A stretch of 59,142 nucleotides of DNA, the filler included. It is 4 parts of 4 records of this genome, joined end to end, with 100 filler letters (N's around TTAATTAATTAA, not from the genome) between each part and the next. Parts side by side here need not be neighbours in the genome. Positions count along the whole stretch, not along the records: positions 22,054 to 39,298 come from DRR723986_3508; positions 39,399 to 51,195 come from DRR723986_3516; 2 more parts are not named here. One strand, 5' to 3'. Below are positions 30,842 through 40,528 of the stretch, piece by piece. The stretch's first letter is position 1. The number at the start of each line of letters is the position of its first letter. The notes beneath the pieces are model-generated. The model made no database searches, was not told where the DNA came from, and saw only the letters and a list, made by a program, of their open reading frames with translations. A program made the position numbers and the translations under genes.

Positions 30842-32050
30842 CTATTTACCGGAATTACCCGGCAGCATGGCCGCGATCTGGTCGATGATCTGGCGGGCAA
30901 TGCTGCCCTTGCTGGCCTGGGGCAGGGCTTTTTCCCCGTCCGGCCAGACCAGGGTCACTGCGTTCTCCTCGCTGTTGAAGCCGATCCGGGTGTCGGCCAC
31001 ATCATTGGCTACGATCAGGTCGAGGCCCTTGCTCGCCAGTTTGCTGCGGGCGTAGTTGAGCACATCGCTGGTTTCAGCGGCGAAGCCCGTGGTGAAGGGA
31101 CGCGGCGCCAGCGCTGCGACGCTGGCCACGATGTCCGGATTGCGCACCAGCTCCAGGCTCATCTGTTCGCCGCCTTTCTTTATCTTCTGCGACTGGACGC
31201 TGGCGGGGCGGTAGTCCGCCACTGCGGCGCAGGCGATAAAGATGTCGCAGTCGGTGGCCAGTGCCAGGCTTTGCTCAGCCATTTCCAGCGCGCTGGTGAC
31301 GTCCACCCGGGACACCCTCGGCGGGGTGGGCAGGGTGACCGGGCCACTGATCAGGGTTGTGATGGCCCCGGCCTCGGCGGCGGCCTGGGCCAGGGCGAAG
31401 CCCATCCGGCCGGAACTGTGGTTGCTGAGGTAGCGCACGGGATCGAGCGCCTCCCGGGTTGGCCCGGCGGTAACAATCACCCGCTGGCCCGCCAGCAGAC
31501 CCCGCTGAAACAGGGATTCGGCGCGCTCTGCGATCAGGCCGGGGTCCGCCATCCGCCCCGGGCCCACATCGCCGCAGGCCTGCTCGCCCGAGTCGGGGCC
31601 TGCCAGATGGATGCCACGGTCCTCCAGCAGGCGCACATTGTCGGTGGTTGCCGGATCCCGCCACATCTGCTGGTTCATCGCGGGTGCCAGCAGCACCGGT
31701 GCTGCAGTGGCCAGGGCAACGGTGGTCATCAGGTCATCGGCCCGGCCGCCGGCCAGGCGGGCGATCAGATCCGCGGTGGCGGGTGCGATGAGCAGCAGGT
31801 CGGCCCAGCGCGCAAGTTCGATATGGCCCATCCCCCGCTCCGCGGCTTCATCGAGCAATTCGGTGTAGACCGGGTGCCCGGACAGGGCCTGCAGGGTCAG
31901 CGGCGTGATGAATTCCCGCGCACCGCGGGTCATGATGACCCGGACGTTGGCACCGCGTTCCTGCAGCTGGCGCACCAGCTCGGCTGACTTGTAGGCGGCG
32001 ATGCCGCCGCTGACGCCGAGCAGCACATTGCGATTGAAAAGATGTGCCAT
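30842..32050 (-). CDS. coaBC: Bifunctional phosphopantothenoylcysteine decarboxylase/synthase
   Basis: GVSGGIAAYKS, HIELARWAD, APAMN, TAGPTREALDPVRY, GFAAET. Confidence 0.95.
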   Translation of the reverse strand: MAHLFNRNVLLGVSGGIAAYKSAELVRQLQERGANVRVIMTRGAREFITPLTLQALSGHPVYTELLDEAAERGMGHIELARWADLLLIAPATADLIARLAGGRADDLMTTVALATAAPVLLAPAMNQQMWRDPATTDNVRLLEDRGIHLAGPDSGEQACGDVGPGRMADPGLIAERAESLFQRGLLAGQRVIVTAGPTREALDPVRYLSNHSSGRMGFALAQAAAEAGAITTLISGPVTLPTPPRVSRVDVTSALEMAEQSLALATDCDIFIACAAVADYRPASVQSQKIKKGGEQMSLELVRNPDIVASVAALAPRPFTTGFAAETSDVLNYARSKLASKGLDLIVANDVADTRIGFNSEENAVTLVWPDGEKALPQASKGSIARQIIDQIAAMLPGNSGK

Positions 32051-32148
32051 TCCTGCTCCCGGACTGGGACAATATTGAGCGGAAGGGAAAGATACCACCC
32101 CGGCCCGGTGAATGACACAGACCGGGTCGCGCTCAGGGAGGAGCGGGT

Positions 32149-32832
32149 ATGGTGAGCGGGCAGTGGCCCTGTGGCGAAGGGCCGAGGGAAAAATTGTTGT
32201 TCAGGGGCCCGGCGGCGCTGTCGGATGCCGAACTGCTGGCGGTGCTGCTGCGAACCGGGCGGCGCGGCCACACTGCGCTGGACCTGGCCCGGGATCTTCT
32301 GCAGCGGGGGGGTGACCTGCCTGGCCTGCTGAGTCTTGACCGGGCGGCGGTGGAGGCCGAACCGGGCCTTGGCCCCGCCAAGTATGCCCAGCTGCGGGCG
32401 GCGCTGGAGCTGGCCCGGCGGGTCGCGGAGCAGGGCCTGCGCGACGGTGATGTCATGTCCAGCCCGCGGCGCACGCGGGAGTTCCTGCAGCATCATTTGG
32501 CGTCGCGGGAGCGGGAAGTGTTCAGCTGCCTGTTCCTCGACAGCCAGCACCGGCTGTTGCGCTGTGATGATCTGTTCCTGGGAACCCTGGACGGTGCCGC
32601 GGTCTATCCCCGAGAAGTTGCGGTGCGGGCACTGCAATATCGCGCGACGGCGGTAATCTTCGCCCACAACCACCCTTCTGGCGTCGCGGAGCCCAGCGCG
32701 GCGGACAGACGGATCACGGAGCGGCTCGCGGCGGCCCTGGGCTTGCTGGATATCCGGGTGCTGGACCACATCATCGTCGGCCGCGGCAGCGCGTTTTCCT
32801 TTGCCGAGCAGGGTCTGGCACCGCTGGCTTGA
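32149..32832 (+). CDS. radC: RadC (JAB domain) protein
   Basis: PREKLL...LSDAELLAVLL, VYPREV, AHNHPSG, VLDHIIVG. Confidence 0.95.
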   Translation: MVSGQWPCGEGPREKLLFRGPAALSDAELLAVLLRTGRRGHTALDLARDLLQRGGDLPGLLSLDRAAVEAEPGLGPAKYAQLRAALELARRVAEQGLRDGDVMSSPRRTREFLQHHLASREREVFSCLFLDSQHRLLRCDDLFLGTLDGAAVYPREVAVRALQYRATAVIFAHNHPSGVAEPSAADRRITERLAAALGLLDIRVLDHIIVGRGSAFSFAEQGLAPLA

Positions 32833-32960
32833 GTGCCCGGATCGGCTTGCTATGGCATAGGTGTTCTGGTATAAAGTCGCGCTCCGCGCGGCAGGGGGTC
32901 GGTTAGACGCCCTTCAGCCACACCAGATTTCAGAAAATCCCGTGTTTTGGGAGAGGTATC

Positions 32961-33197
32961 ATGGCCAGAGTATGTCAGGTTACGGGTAAGCGCCCGGTAA
33001 CCGGAAACAACGTATCACACGCGAAGAACCGCACCCGTCGTCGGTTCCTGCCCAATTTGCACCAGCACCGCTTCTGGGTTGAGTCCGAAAAGCGCTTCGT
33101 CACCCTGCGGGTGTCCAGCAAGGGTATGCGTATCATCGACAAGAAGGGCATCGACGAGGTTCTCGGCGATATCCGTGCCCGCGGCGGCAAAGTCTGA
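32961..33197 (+). CDS. rpmB: 50S ribosomal protein L28
   Basis: [21 protein letters not shown]...RRRFLPNL. Confidence 0.97.
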   Translation: MARVCQVTGKRPVTGNNVSHAKNRTRRRFLPNLHQHRFWVESEKRFVTLRVSSKGMRIIDKKGIDEVLGDIRARGGKV

Positions 33198-33222
33198 CTA
33201 GCGGTTACCAGGGAGAATTACC

Positions 33223-33378
33223 ATGAGAGACAAGATCCGCATGAACTCATCAGCTGGTACAGGGCACTTCTATACCACTGACAAGAACAAGCGCACCACG
33301 CCGGACAAGCTGGAAATGAAAAAGTACGATCCGGTAGCCCGCAAGCACGTTATGTATAAGGAAGGCAAAATCAAGTAA
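33223..33378 (+). CDS. rpmG: 50S ribosomal protein L33
   Basis: Below the ORF-track cutoff; manual translation [51 protein letters not shown]. Confidence 0.97.
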   Translation: MRDKIRMNSSAGTGHFYTTDKNKRTTPDKLEMKKYDPVARKHVMYKEGKIK

Positions 33379-33398
33379 GGCCCTCCCCTGCTTGCCTG

Positions 33399-33423
33399 AA
33401 CCCCGGCTTGACCGGGGTTTTTT
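33399..33423 (+). terminator. Intrinsic terminator after rpmBG
   Basis: AACCCCGG-CTTGA-CCGGGGTT followed by a T run. Confidence 0.85.
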
Positions 33424-33493
33424 GTGTGTGCGCGGTCCCGCCTGGCGCTGGATGCGGCACCATCCGGGACAGCGTGCAGCCAGGTTGTGATGT

Positions 33494-34306
33494 ATGCCCG
33501 AATTACCTGAAGTAGAAACCACCCGCCGCGGTGTCCTGCCTTACAGCGAGCACCAGCGAGTCACCCAGGTGCTCGTTCGCGAGCACCGGATGCGCTGGCC
33601 GGTGCCGGCGGATCTGCCTGCTCGCCTCGAGGGGCAGCGCATCGAGGCGCTCGAGCGACGCGCCAAGTACCTTTTGTTCCATACCGCCAGTGGCACCTTG
33701 CTGGTGCACCTGGGTATGTCCGGGTCGCTGCGGGTCATGGATCCCGCCGAGCCGCCGCTGCGCCATGATCACGTCGACCTGGTGTTCGAGGGGGGCCACT
33801 GCCTGCGCTATAACGATCCCCGGCGCTTCGGCTGCCTGCTCTGGTTGCCGGCCGGTGAGGAGCACCCGCTGCTGTCCGGGCTCGGCCCGGAACCGCTGGC
33901 GGCGGACTTCGACGGTGATTATCTCTACCGGCGCTCCCGGGGCCGGCGCGGCCCGGTGAAGAGCTTCATCATGGACGGCCGGATCGTGGTCGGGGTTGGT
34001 AATATTTACGCTAACGAGGCCCTGTTCCTGGCGGGCATTCTGCCGCAGCGCGCCGCCGGGCGGGTTTCCCGGGCCCGCTACGAGGTCCTGGCCCACCACA
34101 TAAAGCAAGTACTCACTTCTGCTATAGCTCAGGGTGGTACTACACTTCGCGATTTTGTAGGCGGTGATGGTAAGCCGGGCTACTTCGCCCAGCAACTGTT
34201 CGTCTACGGCCGCGCGGGGCAGCCCTGCAAGGCCTGTGGAGCGCCCCTGCGGGAACGGCGTTTATCTCAACGAACCACGGTTTACTGCATGGCCTGTCAG
34301 CGCTGA
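33494..34306 (+). CDS. mutM: Formamidopyrimidine-DNA glycosylase
   Basis: [25 protein letters not shown]-terminal zinc finger. Confidence 0.97.
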   Translation: MPELPEVETTRRGVLPYSEHQRVTQVLVREHRMRWPVPADLPARLEGQRIEALERRAKYLLFHTASGTLLVHLGMSGSLRVMDPAEPPLRHDHVDLVFEGGHCLRYNDPRRFGCLLWLPAGEEHPLLSGLGPEPLAADFDGDYLYRRSRGRRGPVKSFIMDGRIVVGVGNIYANEALFLAGILPQRAAGRVSRARYEVLAHHIKQVLTSAIAQGGTTLRDFVGGDGKPGYFAQQLFVYGRAGQPCKACGAPLRERRLSQRTTVYCMACQR

Positions 34307-34358
34307 AGGGGCTACACTCATGAGAGTTTGGGGGAACGTGAGCTCATCACGGGAGTAC

Positions 34359-34727
34359 ATGATGACAATAAGAGTAAAGTTGCGGCGCCTGGCTGCCGCC
34401 ACCTTGATTACCTGCCTGGCATTGCCCCAGGCGTTGTGGGCACAGGGTGCTGTAGAAGACAGCCCCAATGAATTTGCCATGGTTGGCGACCTGCTGGTCG
34501 CGCGGCCAATCGGCCTGGTTATGACCGTGGGCGGCACCGCTGCCTGGCTGGTTAGCCTGCCCTTCACCCTGCTGGCCGGACACGCCGGCGAGGCCGCTGA
34601 AAAGCTGGTCATTGGCCCGGCGGAATCGACCTTCATGCGTTGTCTTGGCTGCCGCGAAACCGGCTACACCAACAAGGACGTGGAGCAGATTCGCAAGAGT
34701 CGCGGCGAGGATGTGGCGGCTGACTGA
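34359..34727 (+). CDS. Conserved small exported/membrane protein
   Basis: GGGAG RBS; signal peptide; AMVGDLLVARPIG...VSLPF...TFMRCLGC. Confidence 0.65.
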   Translation: MMTIRVKLRRLAAATLITCLALPQALWAQGAVEDSPNEFAMVGDLLVARPIGLVMTVGGTAAWLVSLPFTLLAGHAGEAAEKLVIGPAESTFMRCLGCRETGYTNKDVEQIRKSRGEDVAAD

Positions 34728-34762
34728 GTCGCCATGTCGGCTAGTTCCCGACGGTCAGTCGT

Positions 34763-35903
<1,141 letters not shown>

Positions 35904-35978
35904 TTATCCGCTCCGACCAGCAATGGTAGGATACGCCCTTTCGCGGACGCCCCGTCTGCGCACTCTAGCACGGCAGAC

Positions 35979-37112
35979 ATGAAGTTTTTCAAGCGTAACA
36001 AGGCCGCCGAGCCGCCGGTCGACAGTCCCGCGGACGAGCTTGGCACGGCCACAGAACACAGCCCGGCCGAGGACTCGCCTTCCGGGCAAAGCGCGGTGGT
36101 ACCGCCGGAACCGCCGGCGAACCCGGCCCCGGCAGAGCCTCTACCCGCACCCGTGGCAGAGCCTGAGAACGGGGAAAGCCGCAGCGGGTTCTTTTCCCGC
36201 CTGCGTCGCGGCCTGGGTCGCACCAGCGACAACCTCGCCGCCGGCCTTGGCACCCTGTTCCTGGGTCGCAAGGAAATCGACGCCGAGTTGCTCGAGGAGC
36301 TGGAATCCCAGCTTCTGCTGGCAGATGTCGGGGTCGATGCCACGGTGGAGATCATTGAGCGCCTCACCCAGCGCGTGACGCGCAAGGAATTGACCCGGCC
36401 TGATGCCTTGCAGCAGGCCCTGCAGGACGAGTTACTTGCCCTGTTGCGGCCCTGTGAACAGCCCCTGCAGACTGCTGGCCACAGCCCCTTCGTGATCCTG
36501 ATGGTCGGAGTCAACGGGGTTGGCAAGACGACCACGATCGGCAAGCTGGCCCGGCGCTATCTCGCCGAGGGTCAGAGCGTCATGCTCGCCGCCGGTGATA
36601 CCTTCCGCGCGGCGGCGGTGGAACAGCTGCAGGTGTGGGGCGATCGCAACGGGGTGCCGGTGGTCGCGCAGCATACCGGCGCCGATAGCGCCTCGGTTAT
36701 CTTCGACGCCCTGCAGGCCGCCCGTGCCCGGGGCGTGGATGTGCTGATCGCGGACACGGCCGGGCGACTCCACAACAAGGACAACCTGATGGAGGAGCTG
36801 AAGAAGGTTGTCCGGGTCATGGCCAAGCTCGATCCCAGTGCGCCCCACGAAGTCATGTTGGTACTCGATGCGGGTACCGGCCAGAACGCTCTTGCCCAGG
36901 CCAGCCATTTCCAGCAGGCGGTGGGGGTCAGCGGCCTTACCCTGACCAAGCTGGATGGCACAGCCAAGGGCGGGGTGATCTTCGCCATCGCCCGCAAGCT
37001 GGGCTTGCCGATCCGTTTCATCGGCGTCGGTGAATCCGTGGAGGACCTGCGCCCCTTTGCCGCCGAGGAATTTATCCGCGCCTTGTTCGATCGGGGTGCC
37101 AGCGACGAATGA
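35979..37112 (+). CDS. ftsY: SRP receptor FtsY
   Basis: GVNGVGKTTTIGKLA, DTFRAAA, DTAGRL, TKLDGTAKGG; start reassigned to ATG at 35979. Confidence 0.95.
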   Translation: MKFFKRNKAAEPPVDSPADELGTATEHSPAEDSPSGQSAVVPPEPPANPAPAEPLPAPVAEPENGESRSGFFSRLRRGLGRTSDNLAAGLGTLFLGRKEIDAELLEELESQLLLADVGVDATVEIIERLTQRVTRKELTRPDALQQALQDELLALLRPCEQPLQTAGHSPFVILMVGVNGVGKTTTIGKLARRYLAEGQSVMLAAGDTFRAAAVEQLQVWGDRNGVPVVAQHTGADSASVIFDALQAARARGVDVLIADTAGRLHNKDNLMEELKKVVRVMAKLDPSAPHEVMLVLDAGTGQNALAQASHFQQAVGVSGLTLTKLDGTAKGGVIFAIARKLGLPIRFIGVGESVEDLRPFAAEEFIRALFDRGASDE

Positions 37113-37774
37113 TTGTCTTTGACCGGGTCAGCAAGCGCTACGAAGAGGGTCATGATGCCCTGCGCGAGGTATCGGTCACTATCGAACGGGACGAGCTGGT
37201 TTTTCTCACCGGTCATTCCGGCGCCGGCAAGAGTACGCTGATGCGGCTGATCATGCTCATCGAGCGGCCCAGCCGCGGGCAAGTGGTGATTGATGGCCAG
37301 AATCTCGCCACCATCGGACGGCGCGGCATCCCCCGGCACCGGCGCAACATCGGAGTGGTGTTCCAGAACCACCAGCTGCTGTTCGATCGATCGGTATTCG
37401 ACAATGTGGCACTGCCACTGGTTATTGCCGGCTACGATCATCGCGAGATCGGTCGCCGGGTGCGGGCGGCGCTGGACAAGGTCGGCCTGCTGGCGCGGGA
37501 GCACGCCATGCCCATCACCCTGTCGGGCGGTGAACAGCAGCGGGTCGGTATCGCGCGGGCCGTCGTCGGCAAACCGAAAATCCTGCTGGCGGACGAGCCC
37601 ACCGGCAACCTCGACCCGGCGCTCTCCGCCGAGATCATGCAGCTGTTCGAGGAGTTCAACCAGGTCGGAGTCACGGTGCTGATCGCCAGCCATGACCTGG
37701 GCCTGATCTCGCGCCTGCACCATCGGATCATCACCTTGCGTGACGGCCGCCTGGTCGCCGGGGCCAACAGCTGA
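37109..37774 (+). CDS. ftsE: Cell division ATP-binding protein FtsE
   Basis: GHSGAGKST, LSGGEQQRVGIARA, ADEPTGNLD; lies between ftsY and ftsX. Confidence 0.95.
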   Translation: MIVFDRVSKRYEEGHDALREVSVTIERDELVFLTGHSGAGKSTLMRLIMLIERPSRGQVVIDGQNLATIGRRGIPRHRRNIGVVFQNHQLLFDRSVFDNVALPLVIAGYDHREIGRRVRAALDKVGLLAREHAMPITLSGGEQQRVGIARAVVGKPKILLADEPTGNLDPALSAEIMQLFEEFNQVGVTVLIASHDLGLISRLHHRIITLRDGRLVAGANS

Positions 37775-38754
37775 TGGCCCTCCGTTCGCAGCCTGCCCGG
37801 CGTGAAGGTGCGAGCCAGAGCCGCACCAGCTTTGCCGATCGCTACCGCGGCTGGCTGCAGCACCACCGCCTGTCGGCGGCGGACAGCCTGGTAAAAGTGC
37901 TGGATAGCCCGGTCGCCAGCCTGCTGACCTGGCTGGTGATCGGGGTTGCCCTGGCGCTGCCGGTTGGCCTGAGTGTTGCGCTGGATAATGCCAGTGAGAT
38001 CAGCAGTCGCCTCGATAGCAGTGCGCGCATCTCCCTGTTCCTGGCTGACGGGGTCAGTGATGCGGATGCAGCTGCCCTGGCGGAACAGCTGGCGGAGCGG
38101 GACGACGTGGCCGGCGCAACCTTCATGCCCCGGGACGCCGCGCTGGCCGAGTTCAGCGCTATCTCCGGTTTTGCCGATGTCCTGGACAGCCTGGAGGACA
38201 ATCCGCTGCCGCACGTGGTGCTGGTTGATCCCCCGGCCGCTGCCGATGCCCCGCTAGTCAGTGCCCTGCGCGATGAACTGGAGGCCATCCCCGCGGTCAG
38301 CCAGGCGGTGTTGGACATGGCCTGGCTGCAGCGGCTCAACAACCTGATGGGACTCAGCCGGCGGCTGGTCCTGGTGCTCGGCGGCCTGCTACTGGTGGGG
38401 GTGGTGTTGATCCTGGGCAATACGATACGCCTGGCGATCGAGAACCGCCGGGAGGAGATCGTGGTTACCAAACTGGTGGGTGGCAGTAATGCCTTTGTCC
38501 GCCGGCCTTTTCTCTACACCGGTCTGTGGTTCGGGGTTGGCGGTGGCGTGGTTGCGGCCCTGCTGGTAGCCAGCGCACTCTGGTTTCTCGACGGCCCGGT
38601 AGCAACCCTGGCCGCCTCTTATGGCAGCCCCTTTGAGCTGGGCGGGCTCGGGTTCATGGGTAGCCTCAATCTGGTGCTGTTCGGTGGGGCGCTTGGCCTG
38701 GTCGGCGCCTGGTTGGCAGTCAGCCGGCACCTGAGTGCCATAGAGCCCCACTGA
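37774..38754 (+). CDS. ftsX: Cell division permease FtsX
   Basis: NPLP, GNTIRLAIENRREEI...KLVG...FVRRPFLY. Confidence 0.95.
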   Translation: MALRSQPARREGASQSRTSFADRYRGWLQHHRLSAADSLVKVLDSPVASLLTWLVIGVALALPVGLSVALDNASEISSRLDSSARISLFLADGVSDADAAALAEQLAERDDVAGATFMPRDAALAEFSAISGFADVLDSLEDNPLPHVVLVDPPAAADAPLVSALRDELEAIPAVSQAVLDMAWLQRLNNLMGLSRRLVLVLGGLLLVGVVLILGNTIRLAIENRREEIVVTKLVGGSNAFVRRPFLYTGLWFGVGGGVVAALLVASALWFLDGPVATLAASYGSPFELGGLGFMGSLNLVLFGGALGLVGAWLAVSRHLSAIEPH

Positions 38755-38828
38755 CCGGAAATAGTTAACTTATTGTTTTATATCAATAAATACTATTGAC
38801 AGGCATCCGCGAGGGAACTTTTCCCGTA

Positions 38829-38855
38829 TTAGCACTCTAAGATCAGGAGTGCTAA
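38829..38855. promoter_or_regulatory. CIRCE element (HrcA operator) upstream of rpoH
   Basis: TTAGCACTC-TAAGATCAG-GAGTGCTAA is an exact consensus with a 9-nt spacer. Confidence 0.93.
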
Positions 38856-38887
38856 ACTTCGCCTCCGGGAAGAAGGGAGATCCCAGA

Positions 38888-39298
38888 ATGAACCAGAGCT
38901 TACAGCCCTTATACCAGATGGCGCCCGGCGCCAATCTCGCCGCCTACGTCCAGGCGGTCAGTGCAATTCCTGTGCTCAGCGCCGAGCGCGAGCAGGAACT
39001 GGCGGAGCAGCTGTACTACCACGAAAATGTGGACGCGGCCCGCGAGCTGGTCATGTCCCACTTACGTTTTGTCGTGCATATCGCGCGCAGCTACTCCGGT
39101 TACGGCCTGGCGGAAGCCGACCTCATCCAGGAGGGCAACGTCGGCCTGATGAAGGCGGTCAAGCGCTTCAACCCCGAAAAAGGCGTGCGCCTGGTGTCCT
39201 TTGCCGTGCACTGGATCAAGGCCGAGATGCACGAATTCATCCTGCGCAACTGGCGCATTGTGAAAGTCGCCACCACCAAGGCCCAGCGCAAGCTGTTC
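38888..39298 (+). CDS. rpoH: Heat-shock sigma factor RpoH, N-terminal part
   Basis: [31 protein letters not shown], RpoH box [11 protein letters not shown]; downstream of ftsX. Confidence 0.95.
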
Positions 39299-39398
39299 NN
39301 NNNNNNNNNNNNNNNNNNNNNNNNNNNNNNNNNNNNNNNNNNTTAATTAATTAANNNNNNNNNNNNNNNNNNNNNNNNNNNNNNNNNNNNNNNNNNNN
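39299..39398. other. Artificial contig spacer
   Basis: 44 N + TTAATTAATTAA + 44 N. Confidence 0.97.
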
Positions 39399-39497
39399 CC
39401 GCGCCGCCGCTCTCGCCGAGTGGCGCGGTCTTTGCGCGGCATAAGGGACAGCCATACTGCCCTTGGAGAGACTGGTTCACATTCGTCTGGCAGCACC
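39399..39497 (+). mobile_element. 3' end of an IS6-family element (transposase C-terminus plus terminal sequence)
   Basis: 39400-39444 encodes RAAALAEWRGLCAA*; terminus GAGACTGGTTCACATTCGTCTGGCAGCACC (39468-39497). Confidence 0.75.
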
Positions 39498-39617
39498 ATC
39501 GAATTGCTGCCATTCAGGCATTGAATGATGCCCTTCCAGCCAGGAAGCATTTCCTTGCCACCAACCCGATCTCACCGCACACTTGCCCGTCAAAGTTCCG
39601 AATTGGAGCCTTTGCCT

Positions 39618-40043
39618 ATGCCCCGCCTTCTTATGATCGCCTTAGCATCCCTCCTCGCCCTGTCCGCGACCGTCAACGCGCAGGAAAATCCCATTATCGC
39701 CCGCATGACAGCATTTGTGTCGGCCTATAACGCGCACGACTCCAGCGCGGTTGCAGGTTTCTACACACCTGATGCAGCGCTTTTGCCACCAGGCCAGGCC
39801 TCCATCCTCGGACGCGAGGCCATCGAACAGCACTACGTGCAAGCTTTCGCTGCAGGCGCTCACGATCTGCAGTTTCAGGTCTTTGACATCCGTGGATTTG
39901 ACACCAACGCCGTTGAGATAGGAGAGACTGTCGTCATGGTGGGCGAGCAGCGGATCGTTGGACGCTACATGCATCTGTGGGAAGTGGTCGAGGGCCAGCT
40001 ACTGTCGACCCGCGATATGTATCGTGTGCTTTTGATCGAATAA
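39618..40043 (+). CDS. Exported NTF2/SnoaL-like (DUF4440/YybH) protein
   Basis: Signal peptide; FVSAYNAHD...FYTPDAALLPPG...GREAI, GRYMHLW. Confidence 0.75.
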   Translation: MPRLLMIALASLLALSATVNAQENPIIARMTAFVSAYNAHDSSAVAGFYTPDAALLPPGQASILGREAIEQHYVQAFAAGAHDLQFQVFDIRGFDTNAVEIGETVVMVGEQRIVGRYMHLWEVVEGQLLSTRDMYRVLLIE

Positions 40044-40528
40044 GCCCCGATCCAATACGGTAGCAGCCCATCGCGGCTCTTGCGCAGCGGGGATGGATCA
40101 CAGGGATTCCGGGACACCACCGACAGCAGGTTGATGCGCCAGATTCGGAACTGACACTGCTTCACTCTTCGATGGCACTGATCCTCCCTTTCCTGACTAT
40201 AGGGGCGGACCACTTCAGCGGGGATCAACACGGTTTCTCCAACTGCAATGGTCCGGACATGTTGAGGCACACCTAACCGGCCTCGAACGCATCGATGTTT
40301 GTCTTACTGTAGAAAACGCGCGCACCCGTCTTCAGAAACGCGGCCCCTTCCTCGTCTGCGGCAGGAAAAACCCTCTCCTTCATCAAATGGACAGTGTCTA
40401 TAAAACCGGCGGATCTCCGACTTCGGATCTTGCTGAAAAGCATTGCTTTTCATTTTCCGCCAGAAAGTGGCTGCGCTGGCCGGGCCCGTGGTTGTGACCA
40501 GTTTGGGTACGTATTCCGGTAGCGGCAC

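Noticed and set aside
32149-32832. radC as a marker of a mobile or anti-defence element
   Set aside because: Full-length chromosomal copy in the standard coaBC-radC-rpmBG context
40168-40212. Possible IS3-like left-end remnant on the minus strand (TGGTCCGCCCC...GGAGG...GTG CCA TCG AAG)
   Set aside because: Only about 45 bp and four codons; cannot be supported without a database search
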